Origin: Takakia lepidozioides
Taxonomy: Eukaryota; Plantae; Bryophyta
Direction of reading: 5' to 3'
Length of the DNA: 64,000 nt
Assembly (NCBI GenBank): GCA_030704615.1
Contig: CM060734.1
Coordinates: 24,490,001 to 24,554,000 of the forward strand
The notes below the pieces were generated by a model. It saw only the letters and a program-made list of their open reading frames with translations. It searched no databases and was not told where the DNA came from. Shown here in pieces: positions 1 through 12,516 of this stretch. Positions within the stretch are counted from its first letter, which is position 1, and every line of letters begins with the position of its first letter. The position numbers were made by a program, and so were the translations under genes.

Positions 1-2625
1 GGCAAAACGCACAGCATGGAGGTATTTACCAATTGATGATAAATTATATTACGTGTTCCAAGAGGTTCAGGACTTACTGGGAGTGTCATCTGAATGAAGA
101 AAACAGGCATGTATAATAAGACTATGCAAGTTAATTAATGTTTCAGGAGTAGTGAGACTATGTAACTTCCTAGCTACAACAGCACCAAGAAAAGGTGCGT
201 ACAGCAACAAGTGACCAGTGTCAGTCTGTTTCTAACATCACTGTGAGACTGGCAGGGGCCAAACATGCAAATAAATAGTCCTTTATTGAAAGGAATACTC
301 CCCAGAGTCGCCCAATGTATTTTTGAGGTTATAGAGGATGCTGATGAGATTTCTGAGAACCCACAATCAAGCTGTCCATGGTTGGTTCCCCCATCCAGCG
401 ATTGCTTTTTCAATGCCACTAGTTTGATGATAGCTTGGTGGTCTTGGCTTATTTCATTGTTAGAAGTATTTACAATTGTCAAGCTTGCCGGAAGTTGTCA
501 CCGTGTGATTTGCGAAGCCTTTATGTGACAGTCTTTGGGTGTTGTTATCAGGTGGAGATATACATGGAGAAGATAAGGTTGGGAGTTCTAAATTTTTTAT
601 TTTCCCAACTCTACGTCAGGAACATTCTCTTCTATTTCAGCTCCTAAAGATGAAGATGATCAGCTCATTACTCAGCAATCTTTTGATGCAGAAACTTATT
701 GGATTCAACAAAGGATAATCTTCAGGTGAAGGAGAACAAAGCACAGGGAATCTTTGTAGCAGGGGCCACTGAGGTACATCCTAAATCGCAACCTCCTCCT
801 TGCCTTCTCTCAGATACACAAACATGCACACCTGCAGGCCGCATGCACAGGCAAACATTATAAACAGAACTCAGAACTCACGGTTTAATTGACGTTGAGC
901 TTGTTATAGCACTGCACTATCCCTGTGCTTAGTACTTAGGGCTCAATTGATGTTATCTGGACAGAGCTACATTCAAACTGAAAAGGAAATGCTCCAAATT
1001 CTTCAGGTGCATATTATTCCTGTACATACGTACTAGAGACCTCCTAGAGACCTGTTGTTTTGTCAGGCTTCCATAATTCTCCGCAGAAGTATGCACCCCG
1101 CTGTAATTGTCTTCTTTTTGTGCACATGTTACTGCAGCGCTACCTCCAGTCTTTGCAGTCAGATATGTCTCATTGCACTTCAAATGTTTGGCAATCAAGT
1201 GACCTCATCCTAACTGCAGGCTGGTGTCGCTAACAGAGCAGTAGGAGCGACACGTATCCCCACCTGATGTGTTCAATGTTCAAGGCTAATTTAGGCTTTT
1301 GAATCTTCAAATAGGTCTTGAAGTAATGATTGATTTTAAAGATCCGGTGGCTGGTTTTAGATTTCCAAACTCAGCTGCTCTTTGTGCTACATAGATTTAA
1401 ATAACATATGGGCACTCTGGATCATAAGATCGAGGTTTAAGCCTAGTCCAGAAGTTCAATGGTATGGAATATTTAGCAGACTGCAGCAGGTTGATATTTT
1501 TCAAGTGGGTATCAGACTCCATGTTTCTCTGACCTAATTTACCAGAGATGAATGTTGGAAGCAGCAGGAGCCATTGTTTCTTGTTACAATTCAACAAACT
1601 AACATCGAAGATCGAAGGTGAATATACTGCACAGTCACACTTGAGAGAGATGCTCCTTCTGCAGGAGTTTTTTTGTGAACATTTTATATATGCACATGAT
1701 AGACATACATACATATACATATATATATAAACCAGACAATCTTGAGCATGATGCTTTGGTTTAGTCGTTGTACCAATTGAGTCCTTTGGAAGATGGGAAA
1801 TCAAATGACATGCATGCACACCTATGCTAGGATGAGTTCATATACTACCTAGAAAAATTGAACTTGTGTACATTTTCACCAGCCGGAGGATTAGTCCTAT
1901 GACATGTATATGGAGCTATGGTGTTTTTGAAATCATCTGACATGAGATTGGGTTTTCAAGTGTGAAGACATGAAAACTCTACTTGGTGGACCTGGCAGGA
2001 TCTGAGAAGGTCGAAAAAACTGGTGCTGAAGGAAGAATTCTCTGTGAAGCGAAGACAATCAACAAGTCTCTCTCAGCCCTTGGCAATGTGATCAATGCCC
2101 TCACAGCTGGTGAGTCCACCCACATCTTAGAACTATGTTCAAATGAAGGACCTACAATAATCAAGGTAGTAAAACCCCTCACTGTATACCAAATGTACGT
2201 TTAGTACTGTTGCTGACTCGTCTTTTTCTGGCTCCCATGATGTTGTTTTTTGCAGAGAGGACAGGTCATATTCCCTAATGTGACTCAAAACTGACTCGTA
2301 TTCTGCAAGAATCACTGGTGGGTGCTGTCTTAAATTGCGAAGTATCTGTGATTGTGCGTGTGATTGATCATGTCCCGTTGAGACTAATGTGTGATCTGGA
2401 ATAACATTCTGTGTGTGGGATCTAATCTCTTGTATCTGCATATCTCCCCTTTTGGAAATCTGCAATTGCACACACTCAAACAGTGAAACCAGTACTTAAA
2501 TTTTTCAACTGAAACCAATCATCAACTTCACAGGGTGGCAACTCCCGGACGACAGTACTCTGTTGCTGCTCTCCCAGCTCCTTACATGCTTCAGAGACAT
2601 TATCGACTCTACGCTTTGGGACCAG
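1..2625 (+). pseudogene. Kinesin-1-like motor-domain gene, disabled (5' part lies upstream of the window)
   Basis: GT-AG exons 1-21 (GKTHSME, P-loop end), 256-380, 552-577 (VEIYMEKIR), 692-773 (NLLDSTKDNLQVKENKAQGIFVAGATE), 1220-1253 (NRAVGAT), 1546-~1617 (MNVGSSRSH, switch I), 1961-2109 (LVDLAGSEK, switch II; [12 protein letters not shown]), 2256-2317 (HIP*CDSKLTRILQESL), 2534-2625 (GGNSRT...ETLSTLRFG). In-frame stops (TGA ~1971, TAA ~2276) and frameshifts in the 256-380 and 1546 exons. Confidence 0.9.
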
Positions 2626-2649
2626 GTGAGTGCTTTGATGCTTCGCTAT

Positions 2650-3020
2650 TGTTGGAATTCGACAGAGAATAGAGATAAAAGATGAACCGATTACTGAGAA
2701 CTCTCCACCCAACCATAGGACCACAACAAGCTGTGTGTCCACCCTCCGAGCTCTCCCTATTTATACTCAAAGTCTAATCCAGAAATAGCTGAGATAACTA
2801 TAGCATAACTCCATGCTTTTACTTAAGTTATTTCCACCTGCTATTCTGGTACAATGACTTGAGTCACTAATAACTAAAGCTAACTTTAGCTATCTTTTAG
2901 CTAACCGAGGCTTATATCTATTGTTAACTGTGACTTGTCAGCACTACTATTATGGAAGCCTGACTTGTCATCACAATAACTCTAGATAGTAGTAACTTGG
3001 TCAGGAGTTGATTTCCAACA
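2650..3020 (-). repeat. Copia 3' LTR
   Basis: Near-identical (about ten substitutions by eye) to 5653-6021; TGTTGGAA...TTCCAACA inverted termini. Confidence 0.97.
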
Positions 3021-3035
3021 CCCCCACTCAACGAG

Positions 3036-3990
3036 TTACCAAGTTAAGCACTTAACTACTCCCATCTTGAAGCCTCGAAAGCGTTCAAGCTTTTTAGCAA
3101 TAAGCCCTTTTGTCAGTATGTCTGCAACCATGTTGTTGGTGTTGCAATATACAAGCTTGACAACTCCAGCTTCAGTCTTCTCTCGTACCAAATGATGATG
3201 AATCTCAATATGCTTTGTGCGAGCATGAAACACTGGATTCTTTGAGAGAGCAATACACCCTTGGTTGTCATCATATATGACCATTGTATCCCTCTGTGGA
3301 CGACCAATACTAGATATAAATGATGATAACCATAATGCTTGCCTTGTAGCTTGAGATGCAGCCATATATTCTGCCTCAGTCGAGGACATAACAATTGTAG
3401 ATTGCTTCTTGCTACTCCATTTGCTAGCATAAAAACATAACCAGATGTAGAGTGGCGGTCATCAACATTACCAGCCCAATCTGCATCACAATAGCCGTAT
3501 AGCTCTGTGCTTTTGCAAGCACTATCTGAGATACCATATGAACCCACATGATCCAACTGAACATTATCATTGTTCTTTCTCAAGCACAAACCATAGTCCA
3601 GTGTGCCTCTTAGATAACGGAAAATCCGCTTTACTGCAACCCAATGGAGTTGCCCAGGGTTAGCTACAAATTGGCTTACAACCCCCACTGCTTGTGCAAT
3701 ATCTGGCCTAGTACAGACCATTGCATACATGAGACTTCCCACAACACTCTGATAGGGAACATCTCTCATTGTCTCCAAGTCTGCAGCACTCTTAGGACTC
3801 ATCTCCTTTGAGAATTTGCAATTTGGGACAAATGAGGTATTTACCGGCATAATTTCAGCCATACCAAAGCGCCTTAAGATATCTTCAAGATATTTACGGT
3901 GGTTTAGGTAAATTACTCGGTCTTGTCGAACACGAGTTACCGATACCCCCAAGCAGTACTAGATCTCTTTCAGATCCACCATCTCAAACT
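3036..3990 (-). pseudogene. Copia RT C-terminus + RNase H (frameshifted)
   Basis: YQSVVGSLMYAMVCTRPDIA, YCDADWAG, SSTEAEYMA, HARTKHIEIHHH, ADILTKGL. Confidence 0.92.
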
Positions 3991-4205
3991 TCATTGATAT
4001 ATCGCTTTGTCTTTTTCAACAAAGCTTGATCAACACATGATCACATGATCTCTTTAAGATCCACCATCTCAAACCTCTTTGAGATATCACTTTGTCTTTT
4101 CAACAAAGATTGATCATTAACACATGAACACATGATCTCTTTCAGATCCACCATATCAAACTTTTTTTTTTTGAGATATCACTTTGTCTTTGTTTCAACA
4201 AAGTC
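3961..4205. repeat. Three ~85-bp tandem copies at the Copia deletion junction
   Basis: GATCTCTTTxAGATCCACCATxTCAAAC...GATATCxCTTTGTCTTT recurs at ~3962, ~4047 and ~4135. Confidence 0.8.
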
Positions 4206-4239
4206 AATTTGTTATGATCACATAACCACTATCTCAATC

Positions 4240-4707
4240 TCATTTGAGATATTGACACTCTGTTTCTGACATGACAGGTGTAGATCCCAACTGTGGTGAA
4301 AATGTGGTAAGAGCACTAGAGACATGATGTTGTAATCTATACAAGCAATTATCAAGAATAGCTCTTGCTACCACAGCTCCTGAGCTATCTGTGATAGTAC
4401 AACTCTCATCTTGGAATACCACTCTGTATCCCTTTGCAACAATTTGCATTACAGATAGCAGGTTCTTTGTTAAAGTAGGGACATGTAGGACATTTTCCAC
4501 CTCTATGGTTTCCCCTTCATTGAGCATAAGAGAGACTGAGCCTTCCCCACCAATGACATGCTTGCTATCATCTCCCAAAAGAACATATTGTGTAGGTGAA
4601 AGAGATCTATAGGATAAGAAATGCTCTCTCTCTGAACTCATATGTTGAGATGCTCCTGAATCAACATACCACACATGCTTCTGTCTAGTAGTGGCTGAGA
4701 GAGACAC
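4240..4707 (-). pseudogene. Copia aspartic protease, truncated before integrase
   Basis: WYVDSGASQHM, VLHVPTLTKNLLSV, NCLYRL, then loss of homology. Confidence 0.9.
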
Positions 4708-4746
4708 AACAAATAGAATAGCATTCCTCTGATGAGTAGCTATGTT

Positions 4747-5592
4747 TCATTGACTCTCTCTGTTGCGCTCATCTGCAATGCGCTTTCTACAATCCTTGAT
4801 CATGTGACCAAGTTTCTTGCAATAAAAGCACCTTACTTTGGCATTTTTTTTTATCTTTGAGCTAGATTGAGGTTTCTGAAACCTCTGGGACTTCTGAGAC
4901 ATATGTGAAGGGAGTCTTCTATTCAAGACTACTCCAGTCTTGCCTGTGAACAAAGCTCTGTCTACCTCTGTAGACGTACCTTGACCTTTTCTTCTTGTTT
5001 CCTCCTTGAGGAGAAGTCCTATGACAACATCAATAGTTAAGTTGGTTTGTCCTGCTAGAGACACCACAAAACCATCATAGGATTCAGTTAAGGTTGCCAA
5101 TAACACCACTGCGGCGTGTTCATCAGTCACATTAGTTCCCACAGAAACTAGTTGATCTCGCAACACACAAAACAAATTCAAGTGTTGTTCAACTGAGTCT
5201 GACTCGGTCATCTTCAGACCATAGAACTTTTGCGTCGCATACACTTGCGATGTGACATCCTTCGTCTCATATATGCTTGCTAGCTTGTCCCAAACATCCT
5301 TAGCATTCTTAGCACTTATAATGAGATGCAACTGTTTGTCTCTCAAGCTTGTGATGATGCTAGCTCTTGCTTTCTGATCTTTCCTATCCCATATGGCTTG
5401 GCCAACAATAGTGTCAGGTCTTGGGACTGATCCATCAACCACTCCCCATAGATCTTTGTCTAGAAGGACCATCTCCATCCTAAACTTCCAGGTTTGATAA
5501 TTAGCTCCATTGAATCGATCTTCCACTCTCACATCTAATGCACTCGTCATAGACATAGAAGGAGGATTGCTAGAAGACGACGCTTCAGCCAT
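4747..5592 (-). CDS. gag: Copia Gag (UBN2-type, CCHC zinc knuckle)
   Basis: FNGANYQTWKFRM...L...DLW; CFYCKKLGHMIKDC knuckle. Confidence 0.92.
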   Translation of the reverse strand: MAEASSSSNPPSMSMTSALDVRVEDRFNGANYQTWKFRMEMVLLDKDLWGVVDGSVPRPDTIVGQAIWDRKDQKARASIITSLRDKQLHLIISAKNAKDVWDKLASIYETKDVTSQVYATQKFYGLKMTESDSVEQHLNLFCVLRDQLVSVGTNVTDEHAAVVLLATLTESYDGFVVSLAGQTNLTIDVVIGLLLKEETRRKGQGTSTEVDRALFTGKTGVVLNRRLPSHMSQKSQRFQKPQSSSKIKKNAKVRCFYCKKLGHMIKDCRKRIADERNRESQ

Positions 5593-5652
5593 AATGAAGT
5601 TATCTCAATCTCAACTACCACCCTCACCTAGAGAAGAATGGCTCTGATACCA

Positions 5653-6021
5653 TGTTGGAATTCGACAGAGAATAGAGATAAAAGATGAACTGATTACTGA
5701 GAATTCTCCACCCAACCATAGGACCACAACAAGCTGTGTGTCCACCCTCCGAGCTCTCCCTATTTATACTCAAAGTCTAATCTAGAAATAGCTGAGATAA
5801 CTATAGCATAACTCCATGCTTTTACTTAAGTTATCTCCACCTGCTATTCTGGTACAATGACTTGAGTCACTAATAACTGAAGCTAACTTTAGCTATCTTT
5901 TAGCTAACCGAGGCTTATATCTATTGTTATCTGTGAGTTGTCAGCACTACTATTATGGAAGCCTGACTTATCATCAGTAACTCTAGGTAGTAGTAACTTG
6001 GTCAGGAGTTGATTTCCAACA
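5653..6021 (-). repeat. Copia 5' LTR
   Basis: Direct repeat of 2650-3020; adjacent to the tRNA-Met PBS. Confidence 0.97.
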
Positions 6022-6099
6022 GCTATACCAGCCACCCTCTCTGTGCACGTTGATATGTCTCTTGTCTGCAGCTTCATAGCTGGGCCCATGAATTGATGC

Positions 6100-9000
6100 G
6101 GACTGCTCGTTGGCCAGGCTTTCAAAAATCCCATCTTTACCTTGCGGAACCAACCATCTCACCTCCGTTGGCTCGTCGTCCTCCCTGTCTGCATCGCTCT
6201 CATCCGCTGAATCACATATGAACTTTCGCACCCATCTACCTGTCTCAGCTGTTGCCAACTCTTTCCTTATCCTTCTGTCCTCCCTAGCCCTCTCCAAAAT
6301 CTGCTCTACTTTACTGGGATTCTCACATCGTCTAATCGCTATATTTGCGAGTTTAGCTGCATAACTAGGAAGGGAGTAGTCCTTCACCGGGCTCGTCATG
6401 AAGTCGGCCCTCGCAAAGAACGGGACATTCTTCTTGGCAGGAAGTGTAGGCCCTACATGTTTCGACCCGGATCCTGGAATCCTGCACATAACAATCACCA
6501 ACGAGACCAATGAGAACCACAGTCCGGAAATGCGTTTGACAAAAAATCACCCAGAAGGCTTTGCAAACTTACAATGTTTGCACTCACTCGTATTCCGGGT
6601 TCTCCTCGGCATCAATGTCCACTATCTCTTCCTCCGACTCCGACAAATCCGAGGAGTCTTTGGCTTCGATAGGAGCCTTCACATTCCATTGCAGCCCTTC
6701 CAGATGGGATCCCCAGACGGATGTGTCCTCCTCGTAGGCAAAGAGGTGCCGGTCGGAAAACCACCCAGCCCACATTGAGGCACCTGTTACAATGCCATCC
6801 ACACATTATGACATGGCCCTTCAGATGTTGCGAGTGAAAGTATAACGAGAATTTGCAGAACAGCATACAACAAGATTATGCATACCTGTCCCACAGATGA
6901 GGTCGAGCATTGTGCCCTCCACGTCAGTGCATGTCTCCATAATTGTCTGAATGAAGGCAGGGCTCGGCAGGACAACCACACAGCCTCTGTCGTCCAACAC
7001 CATGCGGGCGAGCCCGAATCCTTTCTTCCAAAAGTCCTCGGAGTACCTGTTCCAAGATGGCAAAGCTTGCAGTCCTTCCATAGGCTCTCCGTCCGGAATA
7101 TCCAAGATGATCATATCGCAAGACCACTCGGTGGCATTTCCGCCCCTCCTGCAATCCTTGTCTGCACACACCCTCTCAAAGAACGAGACCATCTTCAAAA
7201 ACCCAGGGGTGTCGGAAGGCTCTTCGGCAGCCGCCTTCTTCAGTGCTCTGCCCTTCAGACCCTCCATGGTCTTCATGTATGCCAACTTCGCTGCCCGTCC
7301 ATCCAAAGCCGCCAAGAAACTCTCATTCACACACTGGACTATTGTATCGGGATCCACTTTTGGCCTCTTCATTTCCACCGGCTCAAAAGGGTGCCCCCCC
7401 GGGGGGTTGAAGAGTGCCTTCTTTGCCGAGCCAGTTCTCGTCCCTCTCGTGACAACGGTGGGCACAGGGGATTTCGGCTGCGTCTCGGGGGTGGGCTGGT
7501 TGCAAAGTCTCCATCGGAGTCCTCTTCCTCACCCTCTACCTACACTATCTGTTTCTGCTTCTTCATTTTCTTGGGTGTCACAACTGCTGCTCCTTGCTAG
7601 CGAGTCCGCTTCTTGGACCCCTTCTGTTGAGCCTGCACAGCTGCATCCACCGTCTTCTGTGCCATCTCAGCTGCCTTTCTGGATTGTTCCAGAGCAGCAG
7701 CTTCCTTTGCCGACTCTGGCCGAGGAGGGACACGTCTTTCCTTTTTCTTCTCTTCTGCTTTCGCGTGCAGATCTTTCTCAGACTCGTCAACAATTCCGCC
7801 AGACATGTCCAGGTACCACGGGCATCCAACCAGATGCGTGGCATGCCATTGTTTTTGCATCTCAGGTGTGTAGACACAGCTTGGGCCCGCCACGATCCAA
7901 GCCATGAAGAACGGGGGCTCTTGAGCCAGGGCCCCTGTCTGAAGAAGCACGTATTTCATATACTTGCAGGGCAGTCAACATGCGTGAGCAAAAGTTGAGA
8001 CCAACGTACTCACAAAGTGCAACCGAAAACTTAAAATGCGAATGCGGTGCCGCATTTCCCAGACAAACCTCATAACCAGACTTCGCATACAAGGACAGCT
8101 GGGCTTCACATGTAAACAATTTGCATTGCAGCTTTTCCCGCTCCCTCCTGATGTGTAAACTCCACGCTCCTGCTTGCTGTTTGCAGCTCCCTGGCGAAGA
8201 GGTTGTCCTTGTACGCGCATCTGAAACGTGTCACGTAGTCTTCCAATGTTTGTGTTCCATCCCATTTGACGTACAAGCCGAACAAATTTGTATGCATTAC
8301 GATTTGCTCCTTCGCATTCGTCATTACCTGCGATTCCCACATGCATTGTCACGTAGCAGTTCAGGGAATTCATTTCAGAAAAGCAAATCTGGGGAAGTAC
8401 CTTGAATTACCTGGAACCACCAAGTCATGCGGTTGAGCCACACATCCACTGCAGGGTCGGAAACTTCGAGTGGAAAAGACCACATTGTCCTTATACTCTC
8501 CGATGCATTCCAGATCGACAGCCACCGTGTCTGCCATTTCCGATCCAATGTCAGGAGCAGGAAGAAGAGTGGCTATTGCTAGGAAGGAACTTCAGTGCAT
8601 TGAAACATCACCTTCTCTTTCGCTTCAACACATGCCGTTGAGAGATGATGGAGTTTCTCCAACTGCATGGTCGGCTGCATGGCCCGAGAATAGTGTTTTG
8701 CAATCTTGGGGATGAAGTCCTTTCCAAGTGTCGGATCTGCAATGGCCACCAGCTTCACAAGTTTTGACTTGTATTTCGTTCTGGACTTGACCCCGACTTC
8801 TTTCAAGTGCTCAGTCAATGACTGCAACGTTTTGACCTGCCCCTCACTTTCCATGAAGAAGCGTTTGGCATGGGCCAAATCCAGCTTGATGTTTGACTGC
8901 CAACAAAAACATGCAGAAGCGTTATATTCGATTCATGTGGAAAGATTACTGAAAATTGGGGAAGGATGAGCAGAGGGAAATGGGAGGACGACTTACTTCG

Positions 9001-10485
9001 TATATCACCTCCACCATTCCATCCATAGTGAGACGATACCATGTCCGGTCTGTTTTTGCCACGGCTTTCTGAATGAGCTCGGGCTCCAGCATTTCCGCAA
9101 ACATGTGCCGATCAGTGAGACCAGTTTTCCTCACCCTGTACAGCATATGTGCCATGTGGGTATGCACGTACGCATTTTTAGTGACCCTGCAAGGCACACT
9201 CTCCAGTTCAGTCCACGAAAGCACGGAAACAAAACAGATTGGAAACTGAAATGCGGCACCGCATTTCAAACGTGCTTGGGAGGGTATGAGTATCTTACGA
9301 GTTGAGGTCCGCCATGGCATTCTTGAGCAGGGAGGAGTCTACCGCCTTCACCTTGAGGATGACACACTCCACCATGTAATGCCAGCCAATGTGCTTGGCA
9401 TGGTTTTGCTTGATGTACTCTCACCAGGCGAGAAGTCGGTGATTCCCGTCCCACACAAAGAACATTTTACCCGACATATGGCCGAAGTCTGGATCACCCT
9501 TCAGCATTGCCTCGAATTCGTCGTTGCGAGTGTGCTAGTGGGTATCCCATGTTGACAATTCATCCGCAGTGGGTCCACGAGATTTGTCGTCCTCATTCTC
9601 AAGGGAAACGTAGAAGGCTGGCGAACCTAGACGGTACCCTTCTCGAAATGTGAACTTGAGCTTATCCACATCTCCGGGAAGTGCCTGCCTGACGATGGGA
9701 AGGGAGACCATGCGACAGAGTGGGATTCGAAGAGTCCGCTGGAATACCCTGCTGCCCAAAACTCTGCCAATGCTACTATGTGTCTCCTCCAACATTGTAT
9801 CTGCTGCACTTTGGAATTCCTCCGGAGACATTTCTGCTGGTGGCGGTAGGGGCTGAGCAGCTGGAGCATCCCCAACTGGAGCTGCACTCTGGGGAATCTT
9901 TGCGGACAATTCTGCAATTGCAGAGGCCTCCTCTGGGCCTGCAGTATTATGAAGATCTTCCTCAACGGTGGTCAGGTCTTGCTGCGAACGTTGAGAGGCA
10001 GCACCCTCCTCCGGTACCAGATTGACGAAACCAGCTTGTGGAATCGGTTTTGCAGGAGACTGCTCCGCCCTCCCCCTGATTGCCTTCTGCTTCCTCATTC
10101 TTGCAGGTGAAGGTGTCTGCTGCAATTGAATCTGCTTCATTCGTCTGGGTGGGGGGGAAACGGCCTGGTCCGGTTCAGAAACAAGTTGAAGGACGGGCTG
10201 CTTCTTCTTCGTCTTTGCTGGAGAAGGGCTAGACCCCTGCTGGCGATTCTCCATGACCTTCAAACGCGAGTCGCTCTCTGGGGCTTTGAACTGCAAAGAC
10301 TTGCCCTTCGAAGCCGCGTCCTTGAAACGCACAGGGCTAGGCCTGGCAGGAAGACCCGTGCTCGTGGATCGGCTATGTGTGCGTGCTGCAGCTAGCTCCA
10401 CGGACTGTGCCTGCGGCTCTTCGGATTCTTGCGATTCCTCCAGCACGTCCACCTTTCCGGTTAGGCATGCAAACATCTTCTGCAT
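6100..10485 (-). pseudogene. ParB/Srx-like + beta-class amino-methyltransferase-fold gene, copy A1 (spliced, frameshifted, ~400-bp deletion)
   Basis: IPLCRMVSLPIVRQ...KLKFTFREGY and WDGNHRLL (ParB-like); SCDMIILDIPDG, LARMVLDDRGCVVVL, TIMETCTDVEGTMLDLICGTG|ASMWAGWFSDRHLFAYEED (MTase motifs). Confidence 0.75.
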
Positions 10486-11104
10486 TCAAGTCTCCTAGCA
10501 TACAGTCTAAGAATTGCAGAAGAAAAATGAGGCGGGTTTCGGTGCTCGATTAGCTGGCGAATCCCGACAGCACGGAGCTCTCACTGGTGGCTGGGTTGCC
10601 TGCATGGCCTGATGTTGTGAGATGACAATCTCCTCCTGTAGACACATCTGCTTCCTCCCCTTCGGCATTGGCCTACGTCCGAAGTACAATTTGTGGAGCT
10701 TGCGACGATGTCTCTTCTCTGGTGCACGCACTCCCTCCCTCTCAGGTTCGAGCATAAGAAGAACAGAGACAGGGAAAAGGGGCGAAGAGTGCAGATAGAA
10801 AGGGCGCGAGAGGGGTGAGTGAGGAGACACGACAAAAGAAGATGAAACGGCGGTGATGCACCACTTGGGTTTGAAAGGGTTGGACGAAAGTGTCTCCTCG
10901 TGGACTTTGCGTCATTACGAAATTCGAATCGTTCAGGGTACGCCTGCCGTCCGAAAAACAAACATCATTATCCAACGGTCAGGCCGCGCCACCTCATGCC
11001 ACTTCAGTCAGATAGAGTGCAGACATGTGCCGCAATTCCGTTGCTCCACGTGTTCACATTTCATGGCATTTCCGTCCCAGCGTCTGATGAGTTGGAGTGA
11101 AAAT

Positions 11105-12516
11105 GCAAATGCGGCGCCGCATTTCCGTTAAGTACCATCACGAAGCTACACATCCGTACTTGTTGGATGAAAATGCGGCACCGCATTTCCGTTCCACCTT
11201 CACATACCTTAGTTGTTGAACAGAAATACGGTGCCGAATTTCCGTCCCACATAACCATGCCTGAGATACAAAAGGGAAATGCGGCGCCGCATTTCCGTTC
11301 TGGAATGTCGAAAGGTGCGATTCGGACGGACATGCGGCACAACATTTCAGTTCCAGTGGTTCATGATTTTCAATCTGAACGGAAATGCGGTACCGCATTT
11401 CCGTTCCACCTTCACATACCTTAGTTGATGAACGGAAATGTCGTGCCACATTTCCGTTCGGGAAAGTATAAAGGTCTCACCTGAACGGAAATGCGGTGCC
11501 GCATTTCCGGTCTGGAAAGTTTGAAGGTCTCACATGGATGGAACTGCGGCACCGCATTTCCGTCCCACAGCTCCAGGCCTCATATACAAAACGGAAATGC
11601 GGCACCGCATTTTCGTTCTGGAATGTCGGAAGGTGCGACTCGGACGGAAATGCGGCGCCGCATTTCCGTTCTGGGATGTCGGAAGGTGCGACTCGGACGG
11701 AAATGCGGTACCGCATTTCCGTTCTGGAGAGTATGAAGTTCTCAAACGGACGGAAATGCGGTGCAAAATTTTCGTCCCTCCGCTCCATGCCTGAGATAGA
11801 AAACGGAAATGCGGCGCCGCATTTCAGTTCCCGTTGTTCATAATTCTCAATCAAAACGGAAATGCGGTACCGCATTTCCGTTCTGGAGAGTATGAAGGTC
11901 TTAACCGGTCGGAAATGCGCTGCAGCATTTCCGTCACTCGGCTCCATGCCTCTGATACAAAACGGAAATGCGGCGCCGCATTTCCGTTCTGGAATGTCGG
12001 AAGGTGCGACTCGGACGGAAATGCGGTGCCGCATTTCAGTTCCAATGGTTCACGATTTTCAGTCAGAACGGAAATGCGGTACCGCATTTCCGTTCTGGAG
12101 AGTATGAAGGTCTCACCCGGACGGAAATGCGGTGCAACATTTCTATCCCTTAGCTCTATGCGTCAGATACAAAACGGAAATGCGGCGCCGCATTTCCGTT
12201 CTGGTATGTCGGATGGTGCGACTTGGTTGGAAGTGCGGTGCCGCATTTCAGTTCCCGTGGTTCATGATTCTCAATCAGAACGGAAATGCGGTACTGCATT
12301 TCCGTTCCACCTTCACATACCGTGCTTGTTGGATGGAAATGCGTTACCGCATTTCCGTTCTGGAGAGTATAAGGGTTTCCCCCGGACGGAAACTCGGTGC
12401 AGGTTTTCCGTCGCACTGGTGCATGACTAAGATGCAAAACGGAAATGCGGCGCCGTATTTCCGTACAATAGCAATCGAAAGTATCACTCCGGACGGAAAT
12501 GTGGAACGTCATTTCC
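11105..12516. repeat. Array of ~27 palindromes GGAAATGCGGYRCCGCATTTCC, 53-bp period (copy A1)
   Basis: Palindrome starts at 11805, 11858, 11911, 11964, 12017, 12070, 12123, 12176, 12229, 12282, 12335, 12388, 12441; spacers fall into about five recurring classes. Confidence 0.97.

Larger units (their letters stand above)
2650..6021 (-). mobile_element. Ty1/Copia LTR retrotransposon, internally deleted (no integrase core or RT N-terminus), inserted just after a kinesin splice donor
   Basis: TG...CA LTRs at 2650-3020 and 5653-6021; 5-bp TSD GCTAT (2645-2649, 6022-6026); PBS TGGTATCAGAGC (tRNA-iMet) at 5641-5652 on minus; PPT next to 3021; gag, protease and RT/RNase H ORFs. Confidence 0.97.

Noticed and set aside
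11105-12516. CRISPR array (palindromic repeat with constant-length spacers); also 28230-29751, 44476-45640 and 61069-63390
   Set aside because: Spacers recur in a few classes rather than being unique, there are no cas genes, and the context is a eukaryotic transposon.
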